64,000 nucleotides of DNA from Crocinitomix sp. (GTDB taxonomy: Bacteria; Bacteroidota; Bacteroidia; Flavobacteriales_D; Crocinitomicaceae): NCBI GenBank assembly GCA_013138735.1, contig WTCE01000107.1, positions 1,771 through 65,770 of the forward strand, in the 5' to 3' direction. The notes under the pieces are model-generated. The model made no database searches, had not been told where the DNA came from, and worked only from the letters and a program-made list of their open reading frames with translations. Made by a program: the position numbers and the translations under genes. Of this stretch, positions 29,444-38,905 are shown in pieces. How positions within the stretch are numbered: the stretch's first letter is position 1; every line of letters starts with the position of its first letter.

Positions 29444-32400
29444 TTAGCGCTCATGCTTCACACCAATAATGCAAACATCATCCACTTGTTCAAAGTCCAT
29501 TTTCCAATCAATAAATGTTTTGCGCATTAAATCTTTTTGCTCTGCTAATGATTGATCTTGAATTGAAACGATCAGTTTTTTCAATTTACCTGATTTAAAC
29601 TTTTTGCCTTTTTCTCCGCCAAATTGATCTTGAAAACCATCTGACATGATATAAACAACATCTGCTGGTTCAAGCTCAAAACTATGTGATGTAAATGGAG
29701 TGGCCCGATCAAATGATCCAATGGGTTGTTTATTGGCCTTGGTTTCTAATAGCTCACCGCCTCTAATAATCCAAAGGGGATTATATGCACCAGCGTAAAT
29801 CAATTTATTGCCTTGCAATGCGCAAAGCGCTATATCCATTCCATCACTTACTTCTTGGTTTTTTTGTGCAAATTCCCGAACAACTAATGCCCTTGTTTTA
29901 TCCAAAATTTCCGCTGGATCTGACAGGTTAAACTCGCGTACGGCTCGGTTCAATGCATTAATACATACAATGCTCACCATTGCACCAGGCACGCCATGTC
30001 CTGTGCAATCACCAACTGCAAAAAGCGTTAATTCCTCCCGTTGTTCCATCCAATAAAAATCTCCTGCAACAACGTCTTTTGGAAGATATAAAACAAATGA
30101 ATTTGGCAATTGCTGTTTTACTAAATTCATTGGTGGCAAAATGGCGTGTTGAATGCGCTTGGCGTATGCAATACTATCGGTTATTTCACGGTGTGCGTTT
30201 TCAATGACTGCCTTTTGATGCTCTAGTTCGTCCCTTTTTTGAATGATTTCACGGGTGGCCGCTTCAACTTCAGACTCTAGTTCTTTTTGCCGTTGTTTTA
30301 ATTTATTTGTGCGCCAACTTACAAATCCAAAAATGAGGATTCCGAAAAAGACAAAATAACCAATTCTTGCCCACCAAGTATGCCACCAAGGTGGATGAAT
30401 GCTAAATGTATATTCAAATGGTGCGCTCCATTCTTCCGCAATTCCTTTGGCCCTCACTTTAAACGTATAGTTGCCATGAGTCAAATTTCTATAATCTGCT
30501 TTATTATCCTTAGAGGGAACACTCCAATTGCTGCCTTCGCGCCCGTCCATTTTGTAACTATAAACTATTTTGTGTGGTGCTTTCCAATCTATTCCGGTAA
30601 AGTAAAATGAGATGTGATTATGGTCATAATCTAATTCCAAGTCTTGTGGATAATTAAAGTGTGGTGTTGCCGAACTGTATTTAAAACCAAGACTATCTTT
30701 TAATCCAGCTGCATGATAATCATGAAATTGTGTATTAATCCCCACAGAACGTAAATGAATACGTGGCGGTGTGTGGTCAATTTCATATTCCTCTAAATGC
30801 AATTGCGTCAATCCTTTTCCTGTACCCCACCAACCTCTATTTCTGCTGTCAATCAAACCTACACCTCCATAAATGTTTTGCCCCATTAGTCCATCCTGTT
30901 TGGTTAGACCAATTATCCGTTTTGGATGCTGATCAAAATCTACCACTTCGTGTTCCCCAAAATCTAAAATAGAAATGCCTTTTATAGTCCCCACCCAAAT
31001 TCTATTTTTGCGATCAAAATTGATGCTTCTTATTTTATCATCCGTTAAATTTTCATGCACCGTATAGTATGTGAATGATCCTTGAGAATTTTCAGCATTA
31101 GGTGGTTTAAACTTGTTTAAGCCCCCGCCTTTCGTTCCAATCCATATATTTCCTTGGTTATCATTTTTTATGGTAATTAATTCATTGTCAGAAAGCCCCT
31201 CACGCTCTGTAAAAGATGTAAAGCGACCTTTAGTTTTGTCACCTTTTATCGGTTCGTATCGTATAATTCCAAATTCCTCCGTACAGAACCATAGTTCTCC
31301 ATTTTGCCCGTTACAAGCTGATCGTATGTAATCGTTTACGAGGCCGTTCGCTTCAGTAAACTGAATAATTTCAAATCCATTTGAACTTTTAATGAGTTGA
31401 TTGATTCCATTCGGAGTGCATGCCCATAAATTCCCACTATCATCTTGTAACAAGGATTCAACGTAATTATGCGACAACCCTTGATTGGTTGTAAAAACAA
31501 GAAATTGTTCCCCATCAAAACGGGCCATTCCACCACCCTTCGTTCCAAACCAAATATTACCCGCTTCATCCTCCAACATACAGGCTACATTTCTATTACT
31601 AAATATTTCTTTTGCGGGGTAATGATAAATCGTCTGACCGTCGTGTTTATTAATTCCAAGTCCATTACCGCCAAACCAGATATTGCCCTTGCTATCTTCA
31701 AAAAGTGAACGAATAGTTAAATTGTTTTTTCCATATAAATTGTCTAATAATCTAAAACTCCCTTGATTGAACTTACTTACGCCTAAACCCCACGAACCTA
31801 ACCATAAATTACCGCCACTATCTACCAATATTTTACTCACATTGTCAGATGTAAGTCCGTTTTCTTTCTTATAATGTACAAAGGCTCCTTTATTATTATT
31901 TGCAGATAAATCCAATTTGTTAATTCCTGCATTTGATGTTCCAAACCAAAGATTTCCATCTTTATCAAGTCCAATAGCAATTACTTTATTGTCTGACAAG
32001 CCTTGTTTGGTGGTGTAGTTCGTTAATACATCACCCTGCAATTTGCTTATGCCATCAAAGGTTGACACCCATATATTTCCTTCTAAATCATTCTGAATTG
32101 ATGTAACATGATTGCCAATTAAACCCTCTTTAACGGTGAGATGCACGAATGCTTCACCGTCAAATTTGTTCAATCCGCCACGCAATGTTCCCACCCATAA
32201 ATTTTCGTCCTGGTCAATATAAATTTCTCGGATATTATTGTCTGAAAGCCCTTCATTAGTAGTGTAGTAGGTTAACGCTTCACCGTCATATTTCACCAAA
32301 CCTTGATTGGTAGCAAACCATAAATTGCCACTATAATCTTCATTAATTGCAAACACATAATGGCTCAAAAACCCCTCAGAACCAGATAATGATTCAAAAT

Positions 32401-33265
32401 TTAATCCGTCGTATTTACAAATGCCTTGTCCTTTTACTCCGAACCAAATATTGCCTTGACTGTCTTCAAAAATGGACTTTATATTATTACCGGGCAAGCC
32501 GTTTTCGCGTGTAAAGTGCCAAAAGTGACTGCCATCATATTTACTGAGTCCACCGCCGCGTGTAGCCATCCAAATATTGCCATATTGATCCTCGATCATA
32601 TCCTGAACATAGGATGCATTCATTCCTTCATCCACATCTAAATGCTGAACATTAATGCTTGGTGCGCCTTTATAATCTGGCGCAAGTGCCTCAATAAAAT
32701 CTGGGTGTTTGCAGGGTTTTGTTCTTGGTGAAACGGATATGGGCACACCTGTTTTAACGTTATTGCCATATTTATCTACTAATTTAAATGTCGTATCCGA
32801 TTCTTTCAAATTATAGACGGGCAAATTATCCCAATTAATTGTTATTTGCTTTGGAGCGGTTCCAATTGGAAAAACATTGCTTTCTGCTTTGATTTCAAGC
32901 GGTGTTTGTGCCGATATAACGAATGGCAATTGCATTGAATCCATGAGAACGCGATCACCCTGAATTTCTATTGCTACTCCCGTAGGAATGGTATCGCCTA
33001 CCGAATTTATTTGTGGAAAGACACTATCGTTCGTATACTGATTTACCAAATAACCTTCGTCCATATTGAGCGGAACCACTATTGGATTAATCCCCTCAGT
33101 CAGAACTTGATCACCCGTTTCAACAGTACTTTCTCCACATGAATGGAGCAGCACAAATAAAATAAAATACGGTAATTGCTTAAGCATGGGTCTTGTTTGG
33201 TATATGCTTAAAAGTAACGAAATAAAATAAAATGGGAATAGATGCTTGAATTTGAGCCTTTTCAA
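29444..33265 (-). CDS. Membrane sensor: Reg_prop beta-propeller repeats + Y_Y_Y + TM + SpoIIE/PP2C phosphatase
   Basis: Repeated EDxxGNxWF units; YRNLTHGNYTFKVRAK; TM WWARIGYFVFF; VVAGDFYW, GDCTGHGVPGA, SDGFQDQFGG, QVDDVC; likely start at 33187 with lipobox LHSC. Confidence 0.92.
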   Translation of the reverse strand: MKRLKFKHLFPFYFISLLLSIYQTRPMLKQLPYFILFVLLHSCGESTVETGDQVLTEGINPIVVPLNMDEGYLVNQYTNDSVFPQINSVGDTIPTGVAIEIQGDRVLMDSMQLPFVISAQTPLEIKAESNVFPIGTAPKQITINWDNLPVYNLKESDTTFKLVDKYGNNVKTGVPISVSPRTKPCKHPDFIEALAPDYKGAPSINVQHLDVDEGMNASYVQDMIEDQYGNIWMATRGGGLSKYDGSHFWHFTRENGLPGNNIKSIFEDSQGNIWFGVKGQGICKYDGLNFESLSGSEGFLSHYVFAINEDYSGNLWFATNQGLVKYDGEALTYYTTNEGLSDNNIREIYIDQDENLWVGTLRGGLNKFDGEAFVHLTVKEGLIGNHVTSIQNDLEGNIWVSTFDGISKLQGDVLTNYTTKQGLSDNKVIAIGLDKDGNLWFGTSNAGINKLDLSANNNKGAFVHYKKENGLTSDNVSKILVDSGGNLWLGSWGLGVSKFNQGSFRLLDNLYGKNNLTIRSLFEDSKGNIWFGGNGLGINKHDGQTIYHYPAKEIFSNRNVACMLEDEAGNIWFGTKGGGMARFDGEQFLVFTTNQGLSHNYVESLLQDDSGNLWACTPNGINQLIKSSNGFEIIQFTEANGLVNDYIRSACNGQNGELWFCTEEFGIIRYEPIKGDKTKGRFTSFTEREGLSDNELITIKNDNQGNIWIGTKGGGLNKFKPPNAENSQGSFTYYTVHENLTDDKIRSINFDRKNRIWVGTIKGISILDFGEHEVVDFDQHPKRIIGLTKQDGLMGQNIYGGVGLIDSRNRGWWGTGKGLTQLHLEEYEIDHTPPRIHLRSVGINTQFHDYHAAGLKDSLGFKYSSATPHFNYPQDLELDYDHNHISFYFTGIDWKAPHKIVYSYKMDGREGSNWSVPSKDNKADYRNLTHGNYTFKVRAKGIAEEWSAPFEYTFSIHPPWWHTWWARIGYFVFFGILIFGFVSWRTNKLKQRQKELESEVEAATREIIQKRDELEHQKAVIENAHREITDSIAYAKRIQHAILPPMNLVKQQLPNSFVLYLPKDVVAGDFYWMEQREELTLFAVGDCTGHGVPGAMVSIVCINALNRAVREFNLSDPAEILDKTRALVVREFAQKNQEVSDGMDIALCALQGNKLIYAGAYNPLWIIRGGELLETKANKQPIGSFDRATPFTSHSFELEPADVVYIMSDGFQDQFGGEKGKKFKSGKLKKLIVSIQDQSLAEQKDLMRKTFIDWKMDFEQVDDVCIIGVKHER

Positions 33266-33573
33266 TGCCTCTTAATGTCCCAGACAAACATACTTTTTTA
33301 AAAACGATCTCGTTCATTCATCATGATCGCAAAAAAATATTTCAAAATCACGTTTGCTGTGAGTTTATTGTGTCTGTCATCCTCTGAATATCTGCTTGAT
33401 AGCATGATTTACTCCAATAAAATGCAACCCGCGCATTAATCGACCCGTGCGGTGATACGCTATGTGTGTATTCCGAATGCGGTGGGTCTTATGAAGATGC
33501 CTCAGATAATTGCAAAGTTCGGAAGACGAAGATTATACCTGTGAGTGCAGTACAGAAAATATTGATTAGTCTT

Positions 33574-35781
33574 CTATTTTACTACCCATTTATGTGTTGA
33601 ATTCACTCCGTTAACGCGCATGGTGATAATGTATACCCCTGCACTTAACTCTGATTGGTTCAATAGAAATTGCTTGGAATCTAAATTCTTATTCTCAAGA
33701 ATTATTTTACCGTCTAAAGTCGTTATTAGAATAGCCTCAATTGCAGAAGCAGCTGTAATTCGTGTTTGACCATTTGACGGGTTCGGAAAAATGGCAATTG
33801 ACGGCTCTAATATTTCATTGCCTATACTTGCCAGAACAACATCACCTGTTCTAAACAAACTTTGCCCATAAGTCCCCACAATTAAATCGCCGTTATTCGC
33901 TACGGCCAAGGCAGTATTTCCGTAAATATTATTGTTAGTTAAATTACCTGTCAAATCAATCCACGATTCACCATTGTCAATAGATTGCCAAACGCCACCG
34001 CTTAAATTATGAGATGAATCTTGTTCGGCACCGTTTAAGCCAACAATTATCGAATTGCCTTCATACATCAGGTTTCTCACCTCAGCGGGTCCATCACCAT
34101 TCCAATCACCCGTTATCTCTTCCACCAAACCGTCATTATCAATTTTAAAAAGCTTACCGTCTTTTGTTCCAGCATATAAATAAGGACTGTTATAGGCGAT
34201 ACTCAAAACTACATCTCCTCCAAAATAAGCTGGTGTAGGATTAATGCTCTCCCCATTATCATCACTAATATAAATCCCGTTTTCTGTCGAGAAAAAAACC
34301 GTGTCATTGTCAGAATTATAAACAATTTGTGTGGCCGCTAAATCTCCTGTATTATACCAAGTATCCCCTCCATCTGTCGATTTAAAAACACCTGTAGTAA
34401 TGGTCGGAATGTCCAGTTCAGAAAGGATCATTTCAGCTGTGTTTTCAGGGTCAATTACTAGATCTAAAATCAATTTATTACCAGCACGGGCAGATTCCCA
34501 TGTTGCAAAGCCATCTGTCGTTTTAAAAAGACCTTGCGCGAAAGTGCCTAAAAATAGTGTTTCAGAATCATCAGGATGTATCACCAAATCCATTCCATGC
34601 GCTAAAGGACCTGTTCTTGTCCATGTACTACCGTCATCTTCAGATATCGCCAACACCTCTTTGTTATAGCGATCTCCACTTAAATTATAGCTGTGTTGCA
34701 GCGACGTATATATATGGTCAGAGTTTGGATCAACGCGCACGGATCTAATTTCGGTGGCAATTGGGTTTGACACAAACGCATTCCATGTTGCACCGTTATC
34801 TGTCGATTTTATGATTTCGGTAGAACTGAAAATTCCTGCAATGATTAAATCATCAACCGCATCAATCCCTATTAGGATATGGTCTTCCAATAAAGGATCA
34901 GTAATCGCTGTCCACAATAATGTTTCGGATGTAAAATGATTCGGGTGAAAAAACCCAGTTGAAATAATTTCGAAATTTGGTGTTGTGGACAAAATTGCCA
35001 AATCAAAATTAGACTCTCCAATAATTCCAATATTTGCAAATGTGAGTCCATTATCAAAGCTGACATATACGCCATTTGCACCACCAGAAATTGCAAGTAC
35101 ACCGTCCATTATATCAATTTGCAAAACGGTGGCTGTATCAGGAACATCTGGGTGAAGCTCCCATGTTACACCAATATCATCAGAAAACCACAGGCCATTC
35201 TCATCTGTTCCGGCCAATAAACGCTCTGTTGCGGAAATATTAATGCAATGAACAGAATGATTTTGAAGTCCCGCATAATTCCATGTGGACCCTCCGTTAT
35301 AACTCGAAAAAATACCGTTTCCAATTCTACCAAAATCATCTCCTTCTCCTGTGCTGGCAAATAGGGTGTCGCCATCTCCAGGGTAGATCACTAATTGCGT
35401 GGTTTGCAAGTCACGATTAAAGTTAAAGCCGTCTGTTAAATGTTCAAATGTGTCACCTCCATCTGTCGTTTTTAAAATGCCATAGCGTCCATATAATTCA
35501 CAAAAATAAAGTGTGTCTGGATGTTCTAAATCCATAGTCATGTGCCAGCCTGTAAAGTTTGGATAGTCACCGGTTAATAAATCCCAAGAATCACCCCCGT
35601 TTATGGTTTTCCAAACGCCACCTCCGTCATCACTTCCGGCATAAATAATATTGGAATTGCTTGGATGAATAACAAAGTCTTTAAAAAATCCGCCTTCTGG
35701 TCCAATATTATTCCACGTTTGTGCAGATGCATTTGATACAAATAAAGTGACTATAAAAAGTAGTAAGTAGGAATTTTTCAT
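33574..35781 (-). CDS. T9SS cargo with BNR/VPS10-type beta-propeller repeats and a type A CTD
   Basis: KT.DGG.TW repeats; C-terminal IFPNPSNG...LSAGVYII. Confidence 0.88.
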   Translation of the reverse strand: MKNSYLLLFIVTLFVSNASAQTWNNIGPEGGFFKDFVIHPSNSNIIYAGSDDGGGVWKTINGGDSWDLLTGDYPNFTGWHMTMDLEHPDTLYFCELYGRYGILKTTDGGDTFEHLTDGFNFNRDLQTTQLVIYPGDGDTLFASTGEGDDFGRIGNGIFSSYNGGSTWNYAGLQNHSVHCINISATERLLAGTDENGLWFSDDIGVTWELHPDVPDTATVLQIDIMDGVLAISGGANGVYVSFDNGLTFANIGIIGESNFDLAILSTTPNFEIISTGFFHPNHFTSETLLWTAITDPLLEDHILIGIDAVDDLIIAGIFSSTEIIKSTDNGATWNAFVSNPIATEIRSVRVDPNSDHIYTSLQHSYNLSGDRYNKEVLAISEDDGSTWTRTGPLAHGMDLVIHPDDSETLFLGTFAQGLFKTTDGFATWESARAGNKLILDLVIDPENTAEMILSELDIPTITTGVFKSTDGGDTWYNTGDLAATQIVYNSDNDTVFFSTENGIYISDDNGESINPTPAYFGGDVVLSIAYNSPYLYAGTKDGKLFKIDNDGLVEEITGDWNGDGPAEVRNLMYEGNSIIVGLNGAEQDSSHNLSGGVWQSIDNGESWIDLTGNLTNNNIYGNTALAVANNGDLIVGTYGQSLFRTGDVVLASIGNEILEPSIAIFPNPSNGQTRITAASAIEAILITTLDGKIILENKNLDSKQFLLNQSELSAGVYIITMRVNGVNSTHKWVVK

Positions 35782-35883
35782 TGTATGGTTGTTATGGTTA
35801 CAATATAGTATCGTTTGACAAATGTTGAACCCCTATTTTAAATAAATGCCAACTGATAGATGTGTACATGCGTTAATGAAGAT

Positions 35884-36591
35884 GTGAAAAGGATCTTATC
35901 CATAATACTGTTCTTAAGCTTAGTTGCTTTTGCCTCTTGCAGAAAAGATCCTATTATTCCTGCGCATGTTCCAACTTGCGACACTACTTTTACAAAGATC
36001 TACACCTTTGACACCATCTATCCTTCTGAATATTTAATGGCCTAGCCAGGCTCTTGGTGGGAATATGATAATGGGGATCGTGTTGATTGTGAAAGTTGGG
36101 AATATATCCCGGTTTTATCGCAATCTAAAAACGAAAATGGCTGTTTATTGGTCGAATCAAATTATGCTTATTATCCTAAAATGAGTGGGCCTACCAGCAA
36201 ATACATTTCTGGAAATTTAGGGTTAGGGACAAATAGCGACCCTTATAAAACTACGCTTTTTCACCTTATTCTTAAACCCTGGGAGAAGTTAAACTTTTAC
36301 GGAGAATCTAATGACGTTTACGGGGTAGAAATCTGGATGGAACTCTATGAGAATATTGATTCGCTTGAAGTGAATGGCGTAATGTTTTATGATGTAATTG
36401 ATATTCGAACACAATCAAAAATATCGTATTATGAATTGGCTGGTGGTGGTCCGTTGAATTCTACACACGCTTATTATGCAAAAGGAATAGGACTACTTCA
36501 AATGGTGTTTTACATAAATACAGACGAAAATGATACTGGAGAAGGCGATATTCATAAATCCATCACAGACTATTATATTGCTCCTCATTAA
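35884..36591 (+). pseudogene. Lipoprotein interrupted by a single in-frame TAG at 36043-36045
   Basis: GTG start, lipobox FASC; SEYLMA*PGSWWEY continues in frame into ORF 36148-36591. Confidence 0.8.
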
Positions 36592-36600
36592 AACAATCAC

Positions 36601-36819
36601 TTATTCCTGAACCGATTTTAAAAACTTTTTAAATTTCATCATTTTATAAAGTGACATCCCAATGGCCAATGTACCAAACACATAAGCACAAAGCATAAAT
36701 AGGATGTATTTACGTCCAAGTCCTAAATGGACGCTAAGCCCAAATATAAGCACAGCGCATCCCAATATGAAAGTAACCCGTAAACTGCGCCAAATTTTAT
36801 TTTGTTCCTCTTTTGTCAT
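36601..36819 (-). CDS. Small two-TM membrane protein
   Basis: Two hydrophobic helices and a basic tail. Confidence 0.65.
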   Translation of the reverse strand: MTKEEQNKIWRSLRVTFILGCAVLIFGLSVHLGLGRKYILFMLCAYVFGTLAIGMSLYKMMKFKKFLKSVQE

Positions 36820-36988
36820 TTTCGATTTACTAAACTATTTTTTGAAGCAATAAGGGGTTCAATAATGCAAGACTGCCACCTCAACAATTATTGACACCGC
36901 TATTAAAACGCTATAAGATTTCAACTTCACTTTTATATTTATAATCGTGTAAGATAATATATTGCGCAACTTTTCGTATAATGATAAT

Positions 36989-37648
36989 ATGAAAACGTTT
37001 TGGATCTTACTTGTATTTGTCTCTTTAATAGGGAATTCACAAGTTGTGAGGTATAGTCCCAATCGGAAAATTGAAAAAACCGTTTCACAAAACTATTACG
37101 ATACTGAATTTCTATTCCTAAAAAACATTACATCAAAATCATTGGATTTGAGTTTTGAAGTGATTGAAAACACGTTAAATCCCAATTGGAGTGCAACCTT
37201 TTGTACCAATCTACAATGTTATAGTCAAATTCCTGATTTCGGAAGTTTAGGATCTCTTGCGCCAGAAAGTGAAGCCTATTTCTCATTCAATTTTTCTGCA
37301 AATGAAACCCTAGGGACAGGTCAAGTGCGCATTTTAATCACCAGTACAACATCCGCCGAATTAAGCGATACGGTAACATTTAAATATAAAGTAACTGAAG
37401 ATGGGACAGTTAAAGCAGGCCCTTGGGCAAATATAAATTACGGACAAGGTGTGTTGACGGTACTTTTACAAAACCCAGAAATAAAAACGACTTTACAAGT
37501 AATTGACATGAATGGAAAATTCATTTTTGATCAGGAAATTGGACATATTATATCCATTCCACTACGCGATTATCCTAAAGGTTTATACATTATTGCCATT
37601 AGAGATGAAAACGACCGCATAATAAAAGAAAAGTTAGTTCATTATTAA
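36989..37648 (+). CDS. Exported protein with a T9SS type A CTD-like C-terminus
   Basis: MKTFWILLVFVSLIGNSQ signal peptide; QVIDMNGK...YPKGLYII; track start 36962 is upstream of the likely ATG. Confidence 0.75.
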   Translation: MKTFWILLVFVSLIGNSQVVRYSPNRKIEKTVSQNYYDTEFLFLKNITSKSLDLSFEVIENTLNPNWSATFCTNLQCYSQIPDFGSLGSLAPESEAYFSFNFSANETLGTGQVRILITSTTSAELSDTVTFKYKVTEDGTVKAGPWANINYGQGVLTVLLQNPEIKTTLQVIDMNGKFIFDQEIGHIISIPLRDYPKGLYIIAIRDENDRIIKEKLVHY

Positions 37649-37684
37649 GGGTTGACCAAAGCGTTTTAGCAAAGCCATTTTCAT

Positions 37685-37720
37685 AAAAAAAGCCGAGTAT
37701 CAAATTGAAACTCGGCTTAT
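37685..37720. terminator. Hairpin terminator between convergent genes
   Basis: AAGCCGAGT (37690-37698) / ACTCGGCTT (37710-37718) with an A-tract. Confidence 0.7.
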
Positions 37721-37738
37721 CGAAACACTTGGCTTTCT

Positions 37739-38122
37739 CTAATCTTCGTTCTCCTTCTCCTCAGCCGAGCTTAATTTAGAATCTTCATCAACCTCTTTTG
37801 CACCACATTTGGATTTACCAGAAAACTTTGATTCCCATTTCATTTTATCTTCCTCAGACATGTTTGCCCACTTGTCTTTAAATTTATGTTTCCATCCACT
37901 GTGGTTTTTTGAACCTTTCCAAGACCCTCCTCTTTTTCCTCCACCAAAACCACCGAATAATAATTTAGATAAGGCTAACAAACCTAATGCTTGCCAAAAA
38001 GTTATAGTGGTCAAATCAAAAATTTCTGGCATTAACCAGTTCCAAAGCAACATCAAAATCCATGTTACCAATGCGGCCATTCCTACAAAGAAAAACGGTA
38101 TAAAAATCATTTTCTTTTTCAT
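37739..38122 (-). CDS. Small membrane protein coupled to an ECF sigma factor
   Basis: LLWNWLMPEIF...ITFWQALGLLALSKLLFGG; ATGA overlap with the sigma stop. Confidence 0.8.
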   Translation of the reverse strand: MKKKMIFIPFFFVGMAALVTWILMLLWNWLMPEIFDLTTITFWQALGLLALSKLLFGGFGGGKRGGSWKGSKNHSGWKHKFKDKWANMSEEDKMKWESKFSGKSKCGAKEVDEDSKLSSAEEKENED

Positions 38123-38679
38123 TCTCCTAATATTTCATTATACAATTCACTCAATTTTTTCCGCAAATAAAGTATCGCATAGCGCTTTCTAGAAATTAAG
38201 GTGTTTACTGTTTCACCTGTCACTTCTGCAATCTCTTTAAACGATAAGTCGTCAAATTCATGCATGGTGAAAACATCTCTTTGCGCTTCTGGAATTTCAG
38301 TTAAACCTTCTTCCAACACTTCCCACACCATTTCACGTGTTAATAATGCATCTGGCAAATCATTTAAATCCGGAATGTATGCTTCAAATTGCAAGGATCC
38401 TTCATCATCTGTTGCCACATTATTCATGTCCGAAAAATTTAAACTCTTTTTCTTTCGGTACAAATCTGTAATTCGATTGCGCGCTACTTGAAATAACCAT
38501 GCGCTCATTTTTTCAATCGTGTTCACGTCTTCCGAAACGCGCACCAATTGATAAAATACATCTTGTAAAATATCTTCTGCGTCTAATGTAGACTTTACTC
38601 TTTTACGAATAAAGTTAAAAAGCCGACTCTGCTCTTTCGCTACTGTTTTAGATATGACTATTTCGTTTGCGGTTGACAT
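38119..38679 (-). CDS. ECF-type RNA polymerase sigma factor
   Basis: DAEDILQDVF...AWLFQVARNRITDLYRK; FKEIAEVTGETVNTLISRKRYA. Confidence 0.93.
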   Translation of the reverse strand: MSTANEIVISKTVAKEQSRLFNFIRKRVKSTLDAEDILQDVFYQLVRVSEDVNTIEKMSAWLFQVARNRITDLYRKKKSLNFSDMNNVATDDEGSLQFEAYIPDLNDLPDALLTREMVWEVLEEGLTEIPEAQRDVFTMHEFDDLSFKEIAEVTGETVNTLISRKRYAILYLRKKLSELYNEILGE

Positions 38680-38702
38680 TTTCTATTTGCGTTCATTCTA
38701 GG

Positions 38703-38730
38703 AGACGAACCAAGGTCAAAGATATTTTAA
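38703..38730 (-). promoter_or_regulatory. Candidate ECF autoregulatory promoter (AAAATA...CGTC)
   Basis: CGTC -10-like box about 25 nt upstream of the sigma start. Confidence 0.3.
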
Positions 38731-38905
38731 TTGAAGCGAATAAAAATTTAAAATCAATGAAAATCAACGATTTATCAATGAACCGTTTTACTGTTCTGCA
38801 ACAGTATTTCAACTCGAAAACCACTTAATTAGATTAATTTTTAAGAATTTGAAGATAAAAAACATCAAAAATAAAATTTGACTAAAAAAATCTTTAATTT
38901 CAATC

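Noticed and set aside
36043-36045. Pyrrolysine or genetic-code reassignment of TAG
   Set aside because: TAG terminates intact genes elsewhere in the window (e.g. 27769, 41250, 54232), and no pyl genes are present
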